In this document: positions 1 through 12,100 of the stretch, piece by piece
Layout of the letters: the number at the start of each line of letters is the position of its first letter
Position numbering within the stretch: position 1 is the stretch's first letter
Assembly (NCBI GenBank): GCA_038326775.1
Contig: JBBQKJ010000004.1
Coordinates: 8,532-72,531, forward strand
Direction of reading: 5' to 3'
DNA from: Candidatus Geothermincolia bacterium
GTDB taxonomy: Bacteria > Actinomycetota > Geothermincolia > Fen-727 > Anoxymicrobiaceae
DNA length: 64,000 bases
Notes under the pieces: generated by a model
Database searches by the model: none
What the model was told of the DNA's origin: nothing
What the model saw: only the letters and a program-made list of their open reading frames with translations
Made by a program: the position numbers and the translations under genes

Positions 1-345
1 GCGAGCACCACGCTCACCGACCTTCGGAACAATTACTTCTCGGCTTACCACCTGCCCGCTTTCCCTGTCACCGACACGGGCAGGCTCGTCGGCATAGTGG
101 GCAGGGAGGACCTCGCGTCGGTGGCGCCCGCGGAGTGGGACATCCTGGACACCGGCCGCGTTGCCAGGCCGCTCGAGCCCGGCCAGGTCGTCGGGCCGGA
201 CACGACGCTTGACCACTTCATGCGGGGAGCGCTGTCGGGGCAGGAGTACGTCCTTGTGGCGGAGGGGGACGAGGTCAAAGGCATCGTGACCCGGGACGAG
301 CTGACTCGTTACATAGACACCCGGGTCAAGCTCGCGGGGCGCTGA
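1..345 (+). CDS. CBS-domain protein, C-terminal part (5' truncated; probably site-2 protease/CBS)
   Basis: Frame 1 is open from base 1: ...AFPVTDTGRLVGIVGREDL...VLVAEGDEVKGIVTRDEL, a tandem CBS pair pattern. Confidence 0.75.
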   Translation, partial: ASTTLTDLRNNYFSAYHLPAFPVTDTGRLVGIVGREDLASVAPAEWDILDTGRVARPLEPGQVVGPDTTLDHFMRGALSGQEYVLVAEGDEVKGIVTRDELTRYIDTRVKLAGR

Positions 346-355
346 GGCGGGGAGC

Positions 356-604
356 GTGGGAGTCATGGACATCCGGGTCAAGGTAGCGACAATCCTGCTG
401 GGGAAAGCGGTGCCGCCCCTCGAGCTTTCGAGCTTCGGGTTGGAGGTCCCCGTCGGCATGGACGTCGAAAGCCTGGTCGCGTCGCTCGGCATACCGGCGG
501 GCCTGGTGGGCTCGGTGACGGTTAACAACCGCCGCAGCCCCCTGGGACGGGTGCTGGCGCCGGGCGACACGGTGGCGATAATCCCGGCGATTTCCGGAGG
601 ATAG
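356..604 (+). CDS. MoaD/ThiS-family sulfur carrier (ubiquitin-like)
   Basis: ~80 aa beta-grasp pattern (VTVNNRR...LAPGDTVAIIPAISGG) ending in GG; adjacent to a ThiF-family gene. An alternative ATG lies at 365. Confidence 0.88.
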   Translation: MGVMDIRVKVATILLGKAVPPLELSSFGLEVPVGMDVESLVASLGIPAGLVGSVTVNNRRSPLGRVLAPGDTVAIIPAISGG

Positions 605-607
605 GAA

Positions 608-1471
608 ATGAAAGAAGCCGTGTTAGAGGCATTGCGCGAGGCTGCTGTGGACCGCCTCGAGGGAAGCACCACCTGCAGTTGCCTTTCCATGCGGGCAATT
701 CGTGAGATAGCCACCCACCTGGGCCTCCCATGCCGCGAGCTTGCGGCGATAGGGCTGGAGAACGGCTTCGTGCCCCTGCGCTACGTAAAGAACATCGGGA
801 CCCTCGGCCTCGAGGGCCAGGCCACGCTGCTGCGGTCGAAGGCCGTGGTGACAGGCTCGGGAGGCATCGGGGGCCAGGCGGCCGAACTGCTGGTGCGTAT
901 GGGTTTCGGCGCGGTTTCCCTCATCGACCCCGACGTCTTCGACGAGACCAACCTCAACCGGCAGAACTTCGCCTGCGGGGACGTCCTGGGGATGCCCAAG
1001 GTGGAGGTAGTGCGGGACCGCCTGCTCGAGATAGACCAGGACGTGGAGGTGACCGCCCACCGCCTGGCCGCGGACCGCGACAACCTGCCGGGCCTTCTCG
1101 AGGGGGCCGGAGTGGTGATCGACGCCCTCGACAACCTCGACGACCGGCTGCTCCTCCAGGAAGCGGCCGCGAAGCAGGGCGTCGTCATGGTGCACGGCGC
1201 GATAGCCGGCTCCTCGCTGCAGGTTACCACCATATACCCGGGCGACCCTGGGATAGCGAGCTTCGTGCCCCCGCGCGTGGGCACCGAGAAGACCCGGGGC
1301 ATCGAGGTGGAGACCGGCAACCCGGCGACGACCCCCGCTCTCGCCGCGGCCATCCAGGTGCAGGAGGCCGTAAAGGCCCTGCTGGGCAGGGAATCGACTC
1401 TGCGCGGAAAGATGCTCTACCTCGACCTGGAAGACTGGACGTTTGAATTTATCGAGCTGAGCGCACGCTAG
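608..1471 (+). CDS. ThiF/MoeB/HesA-family E1-like adenylyltransferase
   Basis: GSGGIGG nucleotide-binding loop, DPDVFDETNLNRQ motif, DALDN; 3 nt after the moaD-like gene. Confidence 0.92.
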   Translation: MKEAVLEALREAAVDRLEGSTTCSCLSMRAIREIATHLGLPCRELAAIGLENGFVPLRYVKNIGTLGLEGQATLLRSKAVVTGSGGIGGQAAELLVRMGFGAVSLIDPDVFDETNLNRQNFACGDVLGMPKVEVVRDRLLEIDQDVEVTAHRLAADRDNLPGLLEGAGVVIDALDNLDDRLLLQEAAAKQGVVMVHGAIAGSSLQVTTIYPGDPGIASFVPPRVGTEKTRGIEVETGNPATTPALAAAIQVQEAVKALLGRESTLRGKMLYLDLEDWTFEFIELSAR

Positions 1472-1760
1472 CCTCGCGGCTCTGCGGCTCGGAGCACGGC
1501 CTGCCGGCGCCCCCGCGGCGCTCCGCTCCCCGGTCGCGCAGCCATACCACCTGGCACTCATCGCCCTGGCGCTCATCGCCTTGCCCGCCTGCGTCTCGCT
1601 GCCCGGTGTCGAAACACCCGAGGCGCCCGCAGGTGAGGAAAAGCACCGCGAGCGAACACGCGCCGAGCGCCAGGGGCAGGACCCACCATGCACCCGCGGA
1701 CTCGAGCGAGCCAACCGATATCAGAAGTGTCACCGCGCTGATTCCCGTTATTGCCTTCAT
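1449..1760 (-). CDS. Hypothetical small membrane protein
   Basis: ATG at 1760; two hydrophobic stretches followed by a charged tail; fills an otherwise empty gap. No family recognised. Confidence 0.4.
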   Translation of the reverse strand: MKAITGISAVTLLISVGSLESAGAWWVLPLALGACSLAVLFLTCGRLGCFDTGQRDAGGQGDERQGDECQVVWLRDRGAERRGGAGRPCSEPQSREASVRSAR

Positions 1761-1818
1761 GGTACGTATCTTAGCAGGCGCCTGGTACATGAAAATCCGC
1801 CCACTACAGCGGTTCGCC

Positions 1819-1847
1819 TTGACGGTTTGCTTGTACTGCTATATGAT
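1819..1847 (+). promoter_or_regulatory. sigma70-type promoter of cpaB
   Basis: TTGACG-N17-TATGAT, 43 nt upstream of the ATG at 1891. Confidence 0.7.
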
Positions 1848-1890
1848 GTGATTGCACTGCCGGACCCTCTCCACTAAGCCATAGAGCGAT

Positions 1891-2565
1891 ATGAAGCTAA
1901 ATGAACTGATAAGGGCGCGTACCAGGCTGAATACGGCGGTGGGGGTGGTGTTCGCGATCGTCACCGGCCTGCTGCTCCTCGGCTATCTTTCGAGCCTGCT
2001 CAGAAGCGGCGGCGAGGGGCCCGTCCTCAGCATCCCCGTGGCCGGGGCCGACATAGAGACCGGCGCCGTCATCGGCGCCGAGATGATATCCACCGGTAAG
2101 GTCACCAGAAAGTACCTCGTGCCTGGCACCGTGAGGGTGCGGGAAGACATCACCGGCGCCCGGGCGCTCCGCTTCATCGGCAAGGGCGAGCCGTTCACAT
2201 CATCCTCCCTCGCCGGCCCCAACGGGGAGGGCACCCTGTCCGCGCGCATCCCGGCCAACTCGAGGGCCTACTCGCTGCAGCTTTCAAGCGGCTCCGGGGC
2301 GGGGCCCCTGCGGCCGGGAGACCGCCTCGACGTGCTTGCCACCACCGGCGACCCGCCGAAGACGGCCACCCTCCTTCGCGAGCGGCTCGTTCTGGACGTC
2401 ACCGGCGCCCGGGCGGCAGGTGAGGGGAGCGAGGCGGCGCAAGCCGCCCTCAACGTGACGCTCCTGGTCTCGCCGCAGGAGGCGGAGATGCTGGCGCAGG
2501 CCGAGTCCGTCGGGGAGATAGCCGTGTCTTTGTGCCCCATCGCACCGGCGGCGGGGCAGAGGTAG
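1891..2565 (+). CDS. cpaB: Flp pilus assembly protein CpaB/RcpC (SAF domain)
   Basis: N-terminal TM helix, SAF-like segment (VAGADIETGAVI...GARALRFIGKGEP), RAYSLQL, LRPGDRLDVLAT, VTLLVSPQEAEMLAQAESVGEIAVSL. Confidence 0.85.
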   Translation: MKLNELIRARTRLNTAVGVVFAIVTGLLLLGYLSSLLRSGGEGPVLSIPVAGADIETGAVIGAEMISTGKVTRKYLVPGTVRVREDITGARALRFIGKGEPFTSSSLAGPNGEGTLSARIPANSRAYSLQLSSGSGAGPLRPGDRLDVLATTGDPPKTATLLRERLVLDVTGARAAGEGSEAAQAALNVTLLVSPQEAEMLAQAESVGEIAVSLCPIAPAAGQR

Positions 2566-2573
2566 GAGGCGCT

Positions 2574-4052
2574 TCAGCTGAACGACTTGACGCGCTTGCC
2601 TAGGTTCTCGAAGTCAACGGCGGGCTTCATCACCCTTCCGTATATCGAGATGAGGTTGGGCGTGGCGAAATTGCTGCCCAGCACGATGACCACCGGCGAG
2701 TTGTACCCTCCGGCGATCTGGTCGTCCTGGACGACGTCCGCGCCCGCCAGTTCGGGCACAGACGCCTTGAGGCCGTCGATCCTGTCCCTGGCTTCCTTGC
2801 GGTAGATTATGGTGGTCTTCATGTGTGCCTGCTTAGCCACCCCTTCGAAGACCTTCTCGTGTCCCATCATCCTCAGCTCCTGGGCAACGGTCTGCACCAT
2901 CCAGGCGACCGCCTTTGTCCCGCCCAGCACGGTCACCACGTCGGCGTCCGGCCCGAAAAGCTCCTCTACCCTCCGCGAGTCGGGCGAGGCAAGCTTCGCC
3001 CTGAGCTCCGGCGATATCGAGGTGTTCAGCTTGACCTCGGAGGCCACCTGGGCCAGCAGCGGCATGTTCGCAACGAAGTAGCTGGCGCCGCCGATGGTCT
3101 TGGCGTCGCCAGGCACGGTCACGAACTGCGCGCTCTCGACCTTGAAGCCCCGGAGCTCCTCGGCAAGGTTCGTGAGCTGCCCCGCGCTGTAATCCATCTG
3201 GCAGGTCGAGGCGATGATGTCCACAAGCTGCTTGGCCTTCCATACGTCCTTCATGGTCTCGGCCTTGTGCATGAGCGCCTTGAGGAAAGCCTGCTGGCTC
3301 GTAATCCTGTCGATGTCGCCGCCGGGGAGCTTCCTGCTCCGCACGATCACCAGCGCCTGCTCGCCGTCGAGCATGAGGTCGCCCGAGGGCAGGTTGCCCG
3401 CGTGGGGGTCGTTGATGGGGGTGTTGAGGTGGATGGGCACCCCGCCGATGCTGTTGATTATCTTTTTGAAGCCGTCGAAGTTCATGCTGATGAAGTGGTG
3501 CACGTCTACGCCCAGCAGCGACTGGACGGCTTCGATGGCGCCCGACGGGCCGCCGAAAGCGTGCGCGGCGTTTATCTTGTTGGTGCCGCGGCCGGGAAGC
3601 TCAACCTTGGTGTCGCGCGGTATCGAGAGGACCACCGCCCTCTTGTCGCGCTCCTGCAGGCAGACCAGCATCATCACATCAGAGCGGCACCAGCCGCCTT
3701 CACCCTTGTTGCTGCCCTTGTCGCTGCCCATTATGAGCGTGTTGACGCTCTCGTCCGGGTTGGTCGAAAGGGTGGCGAGAGCCTTGGCGACCTCTTTCTT
3801 CTCGGTTCCCGAAGGCTGCCACTGCTTCTCTTTGAACGACAGGTAGACCCGCGCGCCGAGCTTGCCGATAGGCTTGGCGTAGTAGCCGGCCGCGCCACCC
3901 GCCGTCAGGCCGACCATGAAGAAGGCCGCGAACCAGACCCAGTTGTACGACCCGCGCCTTCGAGGCTGCTTACCTTTCGCGCGCTTTCTGAGGTCTTTTC
4001 GGCGCCCGCGCGCCTCCCGGTATGAAATGCCCTGCGTTGAGTGCTTTCCCAT
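2574..4052 (-). CDS. LCP (LytR-CpsA-Psr) cell-wall glycopolymer ligase with LytR_C-like C-terminal domain
   Basis: Basic N-terminus plus TM; LIMGSD, RSDVMML, SIPRDT, KINAAHAFGG, RSRK...DIDRITSQQ; C-terminal VVIVLGSNF. Confidence 0.93.
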   Translation of the reverse strand: MGKHSTQGISYREARGRRKDLRKRAKGKQPRRRGSYNWVWFAAFFMVGLTAGGAAGYYAKPIGKLGARVYLSFKEKQWQPSGTEKKEVAKALATLSTNPDESVNTLIMGSDKGSNKGEGGWCRSDVMMLVCLQERDKRAVVLSIPRDTKVELPGRGTNKINAAHAFGGPSGAIEAVQSLLGVDVHHFISMNFDGFKKIINSIGGVPIHLNTPINDPHAGNLPSGDLMLDGEQALVIVRSRKLPGGDIDRITSQQAFLKALMHKAETMKDVWKAKQLVDIIASTCQMDYSAGQLTNLAEELRGFKVESAQFVTVPGDAKTIGGASYFVANMPLLAQVASEVKLNTSISPELRAKLASPDSRRVEELFGPDADVVTVLGGTKAVAWMVQTVAQELRMMGHEKVFEGVAKQAHMKTTIIYRKEARDRIDGLKASVPELAGADVVQDDQIAGGYNSPVVIVLGSNFATPNLISIYGRVMKPAVDFENLGKRVKSFS

Positions 4053-4389
4053 TGTTCCTTATACGTTGCAGAAGACTCCAAAGCGCCTTCTATGTTAATC
4101 GTTAAGCCGGTACCCGGCAACTTCCTTCCCGCCCCGATGCCTGTGGCCCCGGCGTGTCTGCCCGCAATTATGGTAGAGACGACCCGGGCGGGCCGCGGGT
4201 TCTTCCGAATATCACCAGGAATCTATTTAATCAACATACGTTACATATTGAATAAAGAAGTTCATTTAAGAATTATTAGGTCATATATTCAACATAACCA
4301 ACTCTAATACATCCTATTAACAAGCGATTTTCCGGCATTTCAAGCCGTTCAAGCACTGGTTCTTGCCGCAAGTATTCTATAAAAACCTC

Positions 4390-4418
4390 TTGTCGCGCCC
4401 TATGTAGTGTGCTACGAT
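4390..4418 (+). promoter_or_regulatory. sigma70-type promoter with extended -10
   Basis: TTGTCG-N17-TACGAT with a TGn extension, upstream of the TTG start at 4469. Confidence 0.55.
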
Positions 4419-4468
4419 TCCATCAGTATCAATATATAGTGTTCCTCGAGAAGCACTGTGGGGTCGTT

Positions 4469-4935
4469 TTGGAGATTTTGCTGCTTCTGTTGCTGGTGGC
4501 AAGCGCGGGAGTGTTCTTCCTCCCGGACATCCTCAGGGAACGCACGCTCGACTCGCCCATCGACACCATATCGGATTTCAAGCGGGGGATGACAGTCTTG
4601 GCGGTCAGTACGCATAACTACGAGCCCGCGAGGGGCCAGTATTACGCGAGCGCGGGCGGACAGCCCGAGTCGTACGTGCGCCGCGGCAGTTATTCAGACC
4701 GGGACGACTCCTCCGACTCGGAGATCATGCCTTACCCGAGAAACAAGGTGCACGCCGAGATGGAGACACGCCGCAGCAGGATAATCGCGCTCCTCCTGGT
4801 TGTGACGCTCGCGACCGGGATAGCGGCCATCATCCCGGGTATCCGCTGGATAATCCCGGTGCACATCACCATGCTGCTGATACTGGCGATCTACATCGGG
4901 CTGGTGATCCTGCTCCCTAACTTCGAGAGGCGCCG

Positions 4936-4939
<4 letters not shown>
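4469..4939 (+). CDS. SepX/GlpR-like actinobacterial membrane protein
   Basis: N-terminal TM then LPDILR...[16 protein letters not shown], low-complexity linker, [10 protein letters not shown] plus two C-terminal TMs. TTG start at 4469 preferred over 4409. Confidence 0.6.
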
Positions 4940-7530
<2,591 letters not shown>

Positions 7531-7686
7531 TTCCTTTCGTCCTCCCGTTTGAACAAGTCACCGACCTATTCTTTATACAGGGAGGGAAGCCTGCCGGGCA
7601 AGTACTCCGCGCGGTCGGGAAGCCGGGCGGCGTATCGGCTACAATATGTTGCATGTGCTCAACCGGATTGGAAGAAGAGGCTCTTT

Positions 7687-9066
7687 ATGCCTGACGGCGC
7701 CGGCACGCCGAACCTCGCCGGCCAGATGGGCGACGTGAAGCAGCAGTTCGGGCTCCTGGTGCGCAACAGGAACTTCATGAAGCTCTTCTGGGGGCAGCTC
7801 GTCTCCAGCATGGGCGACTGGCTGACCACGCTTGCCCTGATGTCGCTGGTGTGGCGCATCACCGGCTCCTCGCTCGCCGTCGGCGGGATGGTAGCCTTCA
7901 GGGTGGTGCCCGCGCTTCTCTCAGGGCCCATCGCCGCCCACATCACCGACCGGGTCGACCGCCGAAAGCTGATGATCGGCTGTGACATCTCGCGCGGGGT
8001 CATCGTCCTCGCCGCGCCGTTCATGACAAGGGTGTGGGCGGTTTACGTCCTGCTGTTCTTCCTGGAGGGCACCAGCATTATCTGGCTCGCGGCGCGGGAC
8101 GCGAGCATCCCCAACCTGGTCGATGACGAACAGCTGACCATGGCAAACTCGCTCTCCATGGCGACCACTTACGGCGTGATACCTCTCGCGGCAATCCTTT
8201 TCACGTTCATCACCGTGCCCTCTCCGCTGACGCGCCTCTTCATAAGCGGGGGGTTCTTCGCCGGGCACCCGACGGCGTTCGCGTTCTTCATCGACTCGCT
8301 CACGTTCTTCATCTCGGCAACGTTCTTCTACCGGATGCACCTGCTCTCACCGAAAGACCACCTCGACATGGAGGAGGTCCCGAAGTTCGGCGAGTCCCTG
8401 ACGTTCGCGTGGAGGCACCCGTTCACCCGCTCGCTGATGCTCGGCGTCGCGGTCGGCTGCATGGGGGGCGGGAGCCTCTACGCTGTAGGCATCGGCTACG
8501 TCAAGGAGGTGCTGGGCGCCAGGAGCGACGCGGCGTTCGGCCTGCTGATGGCGCTGTTCGGGCTGGGGATGATAGCCGGGGTCGCCGCGCTGCAGCTGCT
8601 GGTCAAGCGCGAGGAGAAGCCGTGGATGCTGCGCATGGCCCTCGTCGTCCTGGGCGGCATCATGGTGGGGATGAGCTTCGTTCATGTCGCGGTGATGGCG
8701 TTCCTCCTGGCCGGGTTCTTCGGCGCGGCCTTCGGGATCCTGTTCGTGGTGGCGGTGACCATGATGCAGGAGCACGTCGACGACGCCGACCGCGGCAAGG
8801 CGTTCGCCGCTTTTCACGCGGTCTCGAGGATATTCCTCGTGGTCGGCGCGGGCCTGGCGGGCGCCATCGCCGGGCTGTTCGGGGTGAAAACCCTGCGCGT
8901 CTTCGGCGTAGCTTACCAGGTATATGGATACTCGGTGGCGCTCTTCGTGGCCGGTGTGATGATAGCCTCGGTATCGCTTGCGCCTTTCGGCGATAAGAAG
9001 GAGCGGATGCGCGACTACTTCGCAAGGGACAAGAACCCGGTGGCGGCCGAGCCCGGGGATTCCTGA
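7687..9066 (+). CDS. MFS transporter (DTE/MefA-like H+ antiporter)
   Basis: RNRNFMKLFWGQLVSSMGDW, motif A (AHITDRVDRRKLMIGCD), ~12 TMs. True start is ATG 7687; the upstream part of the 1277-aa ORF is antisense to clpB. Confidence 0.92.
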   Translation: MPDGAGTPNLAGQMGDVKQQFGLLVRNRNFMKLFWGQLVSSMGDWLTTLALMSLVWRITGSSLAVGGMVAFRVVPALLSGPIAAHITDRVDRRKLMIGCDISRGVIVLAAPFMTRVWAVYVLLFFLEGTSIIWLAARDASIPNLVDDEQLTMANSLSMATTYGVIPLAAILFTFITVPSPLTRLFISGGFFAGHPTAFAFFIDSLTFFISATFFYRMHLLSPKDHLDMEEVPKFGESLTFAWRHPFTRSLMLGVAVGCMGGGSLYAVGIGYVKEVLGARSDAAFGLLMALFGLGMIAGVAALQLLVKREEKPWMLRMALVVLGGIMVGMSFVHVAVMAFLLAGFFGAAFGILFVVAVTMMQEHVDDADRGKAFAAFHAVSRIFLVVGAGLAGAIAGLFGVKTLRVFGVAYQVYGYSVALFVAGVMIASVSLAPFGDKKERMRDYFARDKNPVAAEPGDS

Positions 9067-9105
9067 AAAGCGGCGCGGCGCGGGCCTTGACAGCCTGCGC
9101 GGCTC

Positions 9106-12100
9106 TTAGAACGAAGCGGGGCGCCCCCCGATGGTGTCCGTGCCCGCGGAGCGGTTGTCCCAGTACATGGACCTCTCCACTATCACGCCGTGCGCCGCCG
9201 TCAGGCTCTCGACCTTGATGCCCGCGCGGTCGTCGGTGATGTGTTCGGCCATGTCATACGTCCTGCGCGAGTTGGCCGGTACCGTGTCGGTGAACGTCTT
9301 GTTGCCGGTCCCGCTGTTGTTGAGGTAGGTCAGCCGCACCTTCACGGGTACGTCGTTGGGGTTCTGCACCAGCGTCCAGGTCTCGAACGTCCTCTCGAAG
9401 CCGTGGCCGCTCTGCCCGTCCGGCAGCCACCACTGCGAGGCCGGCGCGGACGCGCCGATCGAGTCGTGGCACGCTTCCCCAAGCCCTGCGTCCCAGTACA
9501 TGGCACGCTCGGCGATAACGGGCAGGTTGCTCCACACGCGGGTCGAGACGTCCACCCCCGGCAGGGCGTCGTTCACCCTCACTGTCCTGCGGCTGTTGGC
9601 CGGCACGGTCAGCGGCGGCTGTGCGAACTTCCCGCCCGGGGTCATGTAAGTCAGGGTGACCTGCGCGTCGGCCGGGTTCGGGTTCTGCACCAGCACGTAT
9701 GTTGTGAATCCCCACGCCGTCGAGCCCTCGGCCAGGTAGTAATCGGTGGCCGGGTCTGTCACGCCGATGGAGTTATGGCCCTCGCGCCTGTTGTTGCGGT
9801 ACATGGAGCGCTCGGGGATCACCGGCACGTCCGAGGCCACCTTGATGGAGGCGTCTTTCGCGCCGATGTCGTCGGCCATGTTGAAGCTCTTGCGCGAATG
9901 CGCCGGAACCGTCTTTTTTACCGTCTGCTGTCCCAGGCCGTCGGTCATGTAAGTTACCTGGCAGGTGGCGTCGGTCGCTCCCGGGTTCTGGATGAGCAGC
10001 CAGCACTCGAATCCCCAGGCCGAGGAACCCTCGGCCATGTACCACGTCGTTGCCGGGGCGGTCACCCCGATCGAGGAATGGCCCTCCGCTCCCGCGGCGC
10101 CTTCCCCACGCCAGTACATGGTGCGGTCGGCGGCGATGGTCTTCCCCTCGAGGCACTCCACCTTTGTCGAGAAGTCGGAGAGAAGTTCGTCCTCGTTCAT
10201 CGGGTTGATGGTCACCCGGCTCTCGGGCGGCATCTTGATGTTAGGCCTGCCCACCGGCCCGCCGGGCGTGTAGTAAGTGACCTTGACCGTCACCGCCTCG
10301 GCATTGGGATTGACGACGGAGATGTTTGTGTCGAACCCCCACGCCGTCGAGCCCTCGGCCAGGTACCACTTTGAAGATATCGACGGCGGTGGAGGCGGCG
10401 GCGGGGCTCCGACCGTGAACCCGTCTTTGAGCGGTATCGGAACCTCGGTAGCAGAGGTGACGCTCACGTCCCTCAGCCCCAGTTCGGCTCCGGGTTCCAC
10501 TCGGATCCGGGCTAAGACGTGCGTGTTGTCTACGACCCGCTGAGATCCTGGAACGATCGACACGCCCTCGCCCAGCGACACCACCGGCGTGGAATCGGTG
10601 AAATGCGTGTAGCCTCCTATTATCTGCGCGTCGAGGGTGTCCCCCGGGTTGCCCCATTCGGGAACGCACGCCTTCACGTACGGCGGGTCGGCGAAGATGA
10701 TAGTGCCGCTGTCGCCTACCGCCCATGCGTCGTTGGCGTCGAAGGCGAAGACGGCCCTCAGAGTATTGGTCGTCGGACTCGTCTGCGGTGTCCAGGTGGC
10801 GCCGTCGTAGAAGAGAATCGTGCCGGCTGCCCCCACCGCCCAGACGTGCGTGGCGTCGGCGGCGGAGACCCCCAGGAGGTTCTGCGTCGTTCCACTGGCC
10901 TGCGTCTGCCATGTCGTCCCACTGTTGTTCGTGTACCTGATGGTACCGCCGTCACCAACCGCCCAGGCAGTGGTAGTGTTGAGGGCTTTGACAGCCCGGA
11001 GGGTATTAGGGGTGTTGCTTGTCTGGGGGCTCCAGTTCGTGCCAGCGTTAGCCGTGTAAAGTATCGTTCCGGCGGCGCCCACCGCCCAGGCCGTTGTGGT
11101 GCTTGCGGCCGAAATGCCGTAGAGGGCGTTCGTATTGCTGGTCACCTGCTCCGTCCACGCGCTCCCGTTGTAGTAACGTACCCTGCCATTATCCTGGCCG
11201 GCCCAAACCCGATTGGCCGCCGCTGCCGCGATGCAGTAGAACGTGCGGCCGGTGACGGATATCGCCGAAGACCAGGCTGACCCACTCCACTTCCTTACCA
11301 GGCCGTTACATGAAGCCCAAGCGTTGGCTGAGTCGAAATATGCCAGTCCGTAGACCGTGTAGTTTCCGGCGTTCGAAGGGGTCCAGACTTCCCCGCCGTC
11401 CGCAGACATCTGCACGTTGCGGTAAGTTGCGCTCACATAAGCCCCTCCCGCCATCACGTTGTCCGCGTCGCGGCCGCTGACCGCGTTCAGGGCGCCCGTC
11501 GTGCCGCCTGTTCGCGGAGTCCAGGTGCCGCCCGTGTTGGTGCTGGTGAGCACCACCTCGTCGCCGGCGCAGTATATGGTCGTGGTGCTGCGCGCCCAGA
11601 CGTCGCAGATATCCGAGGTGGTGTTGCTCGTCTGCGGCGTCCAGCTAGAGCCGTTGTTAGTGCTGTACCGTATGTTGCCGTCCCATCCGACGACCCACAG
11701 CCGCGTCGAGCTGATCGCGCTGACGCTGGCGGGCCAGTACTCCCCGGTCATTATGGGGGTGTACGAGGCGCCGCCGTTGGTGGAGCGGAGCACCGTCCCG
11801 TCCCAGTCCACGACGAAGACGTTGCTCGCGCTGTACGCCGAGACCGCCATCGGCGCCCGGGTCGTGTCCCTCAGGCTCCAGGTGCTGCCGTTGTAGAAAA
11901 GCGTCCTGCCCGCGATGGGAAGCGGGGCCTGCCCCACGACCCAGACTGCGCTCGCGCTGTACGCGAACACGTCCATGAAGCCTCCGGTGTCGTAGTGCTG
12001 TTCGACGTGCCAGCCGCTGGCGTCCCTGTGCAGGACGAGCGCGTGGCTGAAGCCGTCGTAGCCCCCCACCGCGTAGACGTTCGTGTTGCTCAGCGCCGCG

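Noticed and set aside
4287-4314. dif-like 28-mer GGATGTATTAG-AGTTGG-TTATGTTGAAT on the minus strand
   Set aside because: The XerD arm matches E. coli at 10/11, but the XerC arm lacks the inner ATAA and the spacer is atypical. It cannot be supported without GC-skew data.
7531-7686. HspR (HAIR), HrcA (CIRCE) or CtsR operators upstream of clpB, and upstream of mcsA (58749-58896)
   Set aside because: I found no match with correct spacing.
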